Assembly: GCA_002477545.1 (NCBI GenBank)
Contig: DLQJ01000016.1
Location: forward strand, 24,528 to 88,527
Source: Patescibacteria group bacterium UBA7435
GTDB lineage: Bacteria; Patescibacteriota; Minisyncoccia; Phycocordibacterales; UBA918
Length of the DNA: 64,000 nt
Direction of reading: 5' to 3'
The translations under genes were made by a program, and so were the position numbers. Positions 60,335 to 64,000 of this stretch are shown one piece after another. Each line of letters begins with the position of its first letter. Positions within the stretch are counted from its first letter, which is position 1. A model generated the notes under the pieces. That model made no database searches and was not told where the DNA came from. It worked only from the letters and a program-made list of their open reading frames with translations.

Positions 60335-60339
60335 AATAT

Positions 60340-61023
60340 TTATAATACATATTTACCTTCCGCATCGTCGCGTACGATACGCCCCTCGTCCATAGTAATC
60401 ACCCGACGACCCAACTCATCAATTACTCCCTTGTTGTGTGTAGTCATAATGACCGTTGTTCCAAGATCATTAATTTTGCGAAGGATCTGTACTACTTCAT
60501 ACGTCGCAATTGGATCTAAATTTCCCGTTGGCTCGTCCGCAATAATAATATCTGGCTGATTCACAATCGCACGTGCAATAGCAACTCGTTGTTTCTCTCC
60601 TCCAGAAAGCTCTCCAGGGAAATTCCAGATCTTATCCTCAAGGTCTACTAGTGCCAGTGCCTGCGGTACATTCTCAGCAATCTCATCATCATTGCGGCCA
60701 TTTGCCTCCATCGCGAACGCAATATTTTCGTAAGCAGTTTTATGCGGAAGGAGCTTAAAGTCTTGGAAGACTGTTCCGATCTTTCGTCGATACTTCGGAA
60801 GTTTTGTTCTCGGAATCTGATGGATATCAAGAGATTCAAAAAAGACCTGACCATCGGTTGGTCGATCTTCTGCAATAAGCATTTTTAGGAGTGTTGTTTT
60901 ACCTGCACCAGAATGACCAACAATAGAAACAAATTCTTTAGGAGCTACCTGAAAAGACACACTTTCCAGTGCTGTTCCTTGCCCTCCGTTGTAAGTCTTC
61001 GATACGTTATCGAAATAAATCAT
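60340..61023 (-). CDS. ftsE: Cell division ATPase FtsE
   Basis: GHSGAGKT, VFQDFKLL, LSGGEKQR, ADEPTGNLD. Confidence 0.93.
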   Translation of the reverse strand: MIYFDNVSKTYNGGQGTALESVSFQVAPKEFVSIVGHSGAGKTTLLKMLIAEDRPTDGQVFFESLDIHQIPRTKLPKYRRKIGTVFQDFKLLPHKTAYENIAFAMEANGRNDDEIAENVPQALALVDLEDKIWNFPGELSGGEKQRVAIARAIVNQPDIIIADEPTGNLDPIATYEVVQILRKINDLGTTVIMTTHNKGVIDELGRRVITMDEGRIVRDDAEGKYVL

Positions 61024-61116
61024 AAGCTAACTTCACTATTATACTGCAATGCTCGTAATAGGCCAAAGACATACCGTGCATTGAGTGTATTACAACATAA
61101 AACCTGTGTCTGTCTT

Positions 61117-61989
61117 CTATAGTTCCGTTGCTGCATCGAGAAATAGCTGGATACCACCGCCCAACACCTCGTCGATCTTACTAGTCTCTGCATTAGTCCG
61201 ATGATCCTTCACCATTTGATACGGATGTAATACATACGATCGAATTTGTGACCCCCATTCAATCTTAACGGTTTTTTCAATAGAAAGACCTTTCATTTCT
61301 CGCTTATGCTGTGCGTCATTAAACGCAAATACCTTACCTGCAAGCAGCTTCATTCCCTTCTCTCTGTTTTGTTGCTGTGAACGTTCAGTTGAAACGTTTA
61401 CTGAGATATTTGTAGGGATATGTTTAATACGAACTGCTGTCTCGCGCTTGTTCACGTTCTGTCCCCCAGCCCCACCACTGCGCGCAAAGCTAATTTCCAA
61501 GTCATCTTCATTAAGGTCAACTTCCTTGAGATCATCTACTTGCGGAGACACTTCAACTAACACAAATGATGTCTGCCGCTTTCCGCTTGAGTTAAAGGGC
61601 GACATGCGTACCAGACGATGTACCCCTGATTCAGTTTGTAACGTTCCGTATGAACCCTTCCCGTGAATTTCAAAAGTGATATTCCGATATCCATTATGTT
61701 CATTGGCATGTGCATCAAGCGTCATAGCTACCCACCCCTGACTTTCAGCATACTTCTGATACATCTCTACAAGCATACGTGCAAAGTCTTCCGCGTCATC
61801 CCCTCCCGCACCTGCCACAACAGTGATCACTGCGTTATTACGATCATATTTCCCCTTACCATCTGCAGCATCCTTTAAATCTTGAAGCTCTTTAATCATC
61901 GCCTGCGCCTTCTGTGGATCATTCCAAAAATCTGCCTGCAGCATGGCAGCGTCGATTTCAGCGATGCGGTTTTGTATGTCCTTAGGCAT
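61117..61989 (-). CDS. prfB: Peptide chain release factor 2 (shortened, 290 aa)
   Basis: [11 protein letters not shown] (SPF motif), [24 protein letters not shown]. Confidence 0.92.
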   Translation of the reverse strand: MPKDIQNRIAEIDAAMLQADFWNDPQKAQAMIKELQDLKDAADGKGKYDRNNAVITVVAGAGGDDAEDFARMLVEMYQKYAESQGWVAMTLDAHANEHNGYRNITFEIHGKGSYGTLQTESGVHRLVRMSPFNSSGKRQTSFVLVEVSPQVDDLKEVDLNEDDLEISFARSGGAGGQNVNKRETAVRIKHIPTNISVNVSTERSQQQNREKGMKLLAGKVFAFNDAQHKREMKGLSIEKTVKIEWGSQIRSYVLHPYQMVKDHRTNAETSKIDEVLGGGIQLFLDAATEL

Positions 61990-61996
61990 TAAATAT

Positions 61997-62422
61997 TTAT
62001 CTTACAGTACCAAAATATACTTCTCCAGTCTTGAGTGCTTCTAAACCTTTCTTATCACCAACAATCAAAGGTTCAGGTAAATCACCGATGTCATACCAGC
62101 TCCAACCGTCAAACATTTCAGAATCTAACACCTGAGGCTCGCCGCTAACCCATTGTGCAGTAGCTTCAATATCAACATAATGTGAACCTTTCCAGTGCAG
62201 AGCGTTTAAAAAAGAAACTATTTGTACATTCTCGACAACCAAACCAGTTTCTTCAGTTACTTTTCTCTGAGCGCACTCCTCTAAAGTTTCTCCGAAAGCA
62301 AGATGTCCACCTGGGCCTGCATACTCAAATGCTCCATCTCCTTTTTTTCGCTTACCCAAAAGCACCTTGTCATCTTTTAAAATCAAAACCCCAATGACAA
62401 CCTCCGGATATTTTTTAGTCAT
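61997..62422 (-). CDS. NUDIX hydrolase
   Basis: [25 protein letters not shown]. Confidence 0.92.
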   Translation of the reverse strand: MTKKYPEVVIGVLILKDDKVLLGKRKKGDGAFEYAGPGGHLAFGETLEECAQRKVTEETGLVVENVQIVSFLNALHWKGSHYVDIEATAQWVSGEPQVLDSEMFDGWSWYDIGDLPEPLIVGDKKGLEALKTGEVYFGTVR

Positions 62423-62423
62423 A

Positions 62424-62846
62424 CTATATTTTCAAAAGATAAAAGTGTGTGTCTTTCTCAGTGTATCCACGTTTTTCATACATTCCTTGCACCGCTTCAC
62501 GGGAACATGTCAAAGCAATATCAGTACAACCCCATTCTCGAGCCTTCTCTTCCAGTGCATCCATAATCACTTTAAACAAACCTTGTCCACGCGCATCTGG
62601 ATGGACCACAATGTTATTAACATATCCAGTGATATTAACTGGATGAACTACCTTACTTATCAACCCCATTCCCAAAAGTCGATCGTCAATAACCACACCG
62701 AAGAAATACGTATGATCATCAAGCGCAGTCTCTTTAAAAAGTTCTGGATTAATATTCTCTGGCACACTCACTAGATGTTTTTGAGCTTCAATGCAATCAG
62801 TCAGGTACTGATCGATATTTTCAGATGTAAGTTGGATGGTTTTCAT
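62424..62846 (-). CDS. GNAT acetyltransferase
   Basis: VVHPDARGQG, MYEKRGY. Confidence 0.92.
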   Translation of the reverse strand: MKTIQLTSENIDQYLTDCIEAQKHLVSVPENINPELFKETALDDHTYFFGVVIDDRLLGMGLISKVVHPVNITGYVNNIVVHPDARGQGLFKVIMDALEEKAREWGCTDIALTCSREAVQGMYEKRGYTEKDTHFYLLKI

Positions 62847-62925
62847 ATGTTTATGAGTATACCAGTGTATATTTTGTTTTCAATTTTTTCATTCTCTGGT
62901 AGGATGTTGCAATCCAAGAAGATAC

Positions 62926-62998
62926 GCCATCTTAGCTCAGTTGGTAGAGCGCACCCATGGTAAGGGTGAGGTCCGCAGTTCAATTCTGCGAGATGGCT
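62926..62998 (+). tRNA. tRNA-Thr(GGT)
   Basis: Anticodon arm CACCC-ATGGTAA-GGGTG; acceptor GCCATCT/AGATGGC. Confidence 0.95.
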
Positions 62999-63202
62999 CA
63001 TAAAAACAAAAGTTCCCAAGGGGAGCTTTTTTTATGATCCATCTCAGAAAGTGCCTTAATGGCACTTTCGGCAGAATTGAAAAGCTTTTGTGAAATTTCT
63101 GGAGCTTGCGAACAGAAATCTCCAAAAGGTCTACTGCCCCTGTAAGGGGAAATTATGAAGAAGCTCTCAATTCCACGAGGAATAACTTAGTGATTCGTGG
63201 CC
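62999..63202 (+). repeat. tRNA-Thr tail element (module A plus module C remnant)
   Basis: Split antisense copy at 63035-63045 and 63071-63081; core aligns with the tRNA-Cys tail. Confidence 0.85.
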
Positions 63203-63213
63203 AATTCTGTGTA

Positions 63214-63372
63214 CGGCCAAAGGGACTCGTCCCGTTTATCTAATTCGCTTTTGCTCATAAGAACACTGGACGCGGCTTGTCGACCCAGAGGGTCCCCGAC
63301 TACGCCGTTCGAGCCCCTTCGGCCTGGAGATACAAACAAAAACAACCCTAGCGGGTTGTTTTTGTGTATCTG
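63214..63372 (-). repeat. tRNA-Asp tail element (module B)
   Basis: Antisense copy 63307-63324; 63214-63229 is an exact 16-nt direct repeat of 63375-63390. Confidence 0.88.
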
Positions 63373-63446
63373 CGCGGCCAAAGGGACTCGAACCCTCAAC
63401 CTCCCGCGTGACAGGCGGGTGCTCTAACCAATTGAGCTATGGCCGC
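63373..63446 (-). tRNA. tRNA-Asp(GTC)
   Basis: Anticodon arm CCCGC-CTGTCAC-GCGGG; G discriminator. Confidence 0.96.
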
Positions 63447-63522
63447 AGGCATAAAACCTGCAAACTTGCATAATCTCTACAAGTGGCAAGAGTATATAGT
63501 TTTTGTGGGGTTTTTGCAATAC

Positions 63523-63679
63523 GTTGGGGGAGGAATTGAACATTACATGTTCAGTACAGGTTGTCACGATTTTACTGAAGTAAAATCGTAGGCAACCTTT
63601 TCGAGCCCTCCTGTAAGCCATCCCATGGCTTACCCCGTCGGCACAAACAAAAAACTCCCTCAGGGGAGCATTTTATTTG
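63523..63679 (-). repeat. tRNA(CAT) tail element (module A)
   Basis: Split antisense copy at 63600-63610 and 63634-63647; core aligns with the tRNA-Gln tail. Confidence 0.85.
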
Positions 63680-63753
63680 TGTCGACGGGAGGGCTCGAAC
63701 CTCCGACCTCAACTTTATGAGTGTTGCGCTCTAACCAACTGAGCTACGCCGAC
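63680..63753 (-). tRNA. tRNA with CAT anticodon (elongator Met or Ile2)
   Basis: Loop CTCATAA; paired G1-C72 and no three consecutive G-C anticodon-stem pairs, so not the initiator. Confidence 0.9.
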
Positions 63754-63801
63754 ATTTGAATCTGTGAGCAACAGAGTACTATATTTACTTCGTAGAATCA
63801 A

Positions 63802-64000
63802 TTACTTTCTAGGACACAAAATTGTTTCTGCTTTCTCTACATCCTCTGGTCTCCCTACAGAAATCCACATATCCTGCTGCACAACCTGAACTGAGTAATC
63901 CTGCGCAAACTGTGTAAACATGTCAGTTACAAATAATTCACCACTTTCCTCATTTACAGAAACTGAGTACTGGAATATTTTTTGATCTAATACAAAACCA
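63802..64000 (-). CDS. 3' end of a sugar-phosphate nucleotidyltransferase-like protein (partial)
   Basis: GFVLDQKIFQY...GELFVTD...WISVGRPEDVEKAE. Confidence 0.7.
   Translation of the reverse strand, partial: GFVLDQKIFQYSVSVNEESGELFVTDMFTQFAQDYSVQVVQQDMWISVGRPEDVEKAETILCPRK

Noticed and set aside
63214-63390. Prophage or genomic island bounded by the tRNA-Asp direct repeat
   Set aside because: Only about 145 bp are enclosed, with no integrase or cargo.
62937-63621. ORFs spanning the Thr/Asp/CAT tRNA region
   Set aside because: They are translations of tRNAs and tail elements.

Overview
Gene-dense bacterial chromosomal window (genetic code 11). It looks like Patescibacteria/CPR, probably Parcubacteria: an inference from the VirB2-like pilin cluster, few biosynthetic genes, AT-rich starts mostly lacking Shine-Dalgarno motifs, a shortened RF2 and a degenerate HisRS paralogue. 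It carries housekeeping genes (gyrA, rpsA, pth, lepB, ybeY, ftsAZ, trxB, glmS, tsaC/D, valS, lepA, murJ, rsgA, msrAB, dsbB, pyrG, ftsEX, prfB), 11 tRNAs and RNase P RNA. No transposase, integrase or CRISPR array was recognised. The main unexplained signal is non-coding. Eight of the 11 tRNA genes (and partly a ninth) are followed by a modular structured tail: a hairpin, an antisense copy of that tRNA's own T-arm/acceptor 3' strand, usually a conserved covarying core from one of three module families, and usually a second, sense copy of the tRNA 3' end. In four cases the antisense copy is interrupted at the same register by a G(A/T)AA...TT(A/T)C hairpin. A different two-copy structured element follows the gyrA and pyrG stop codons. 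All alignments were done by eye.
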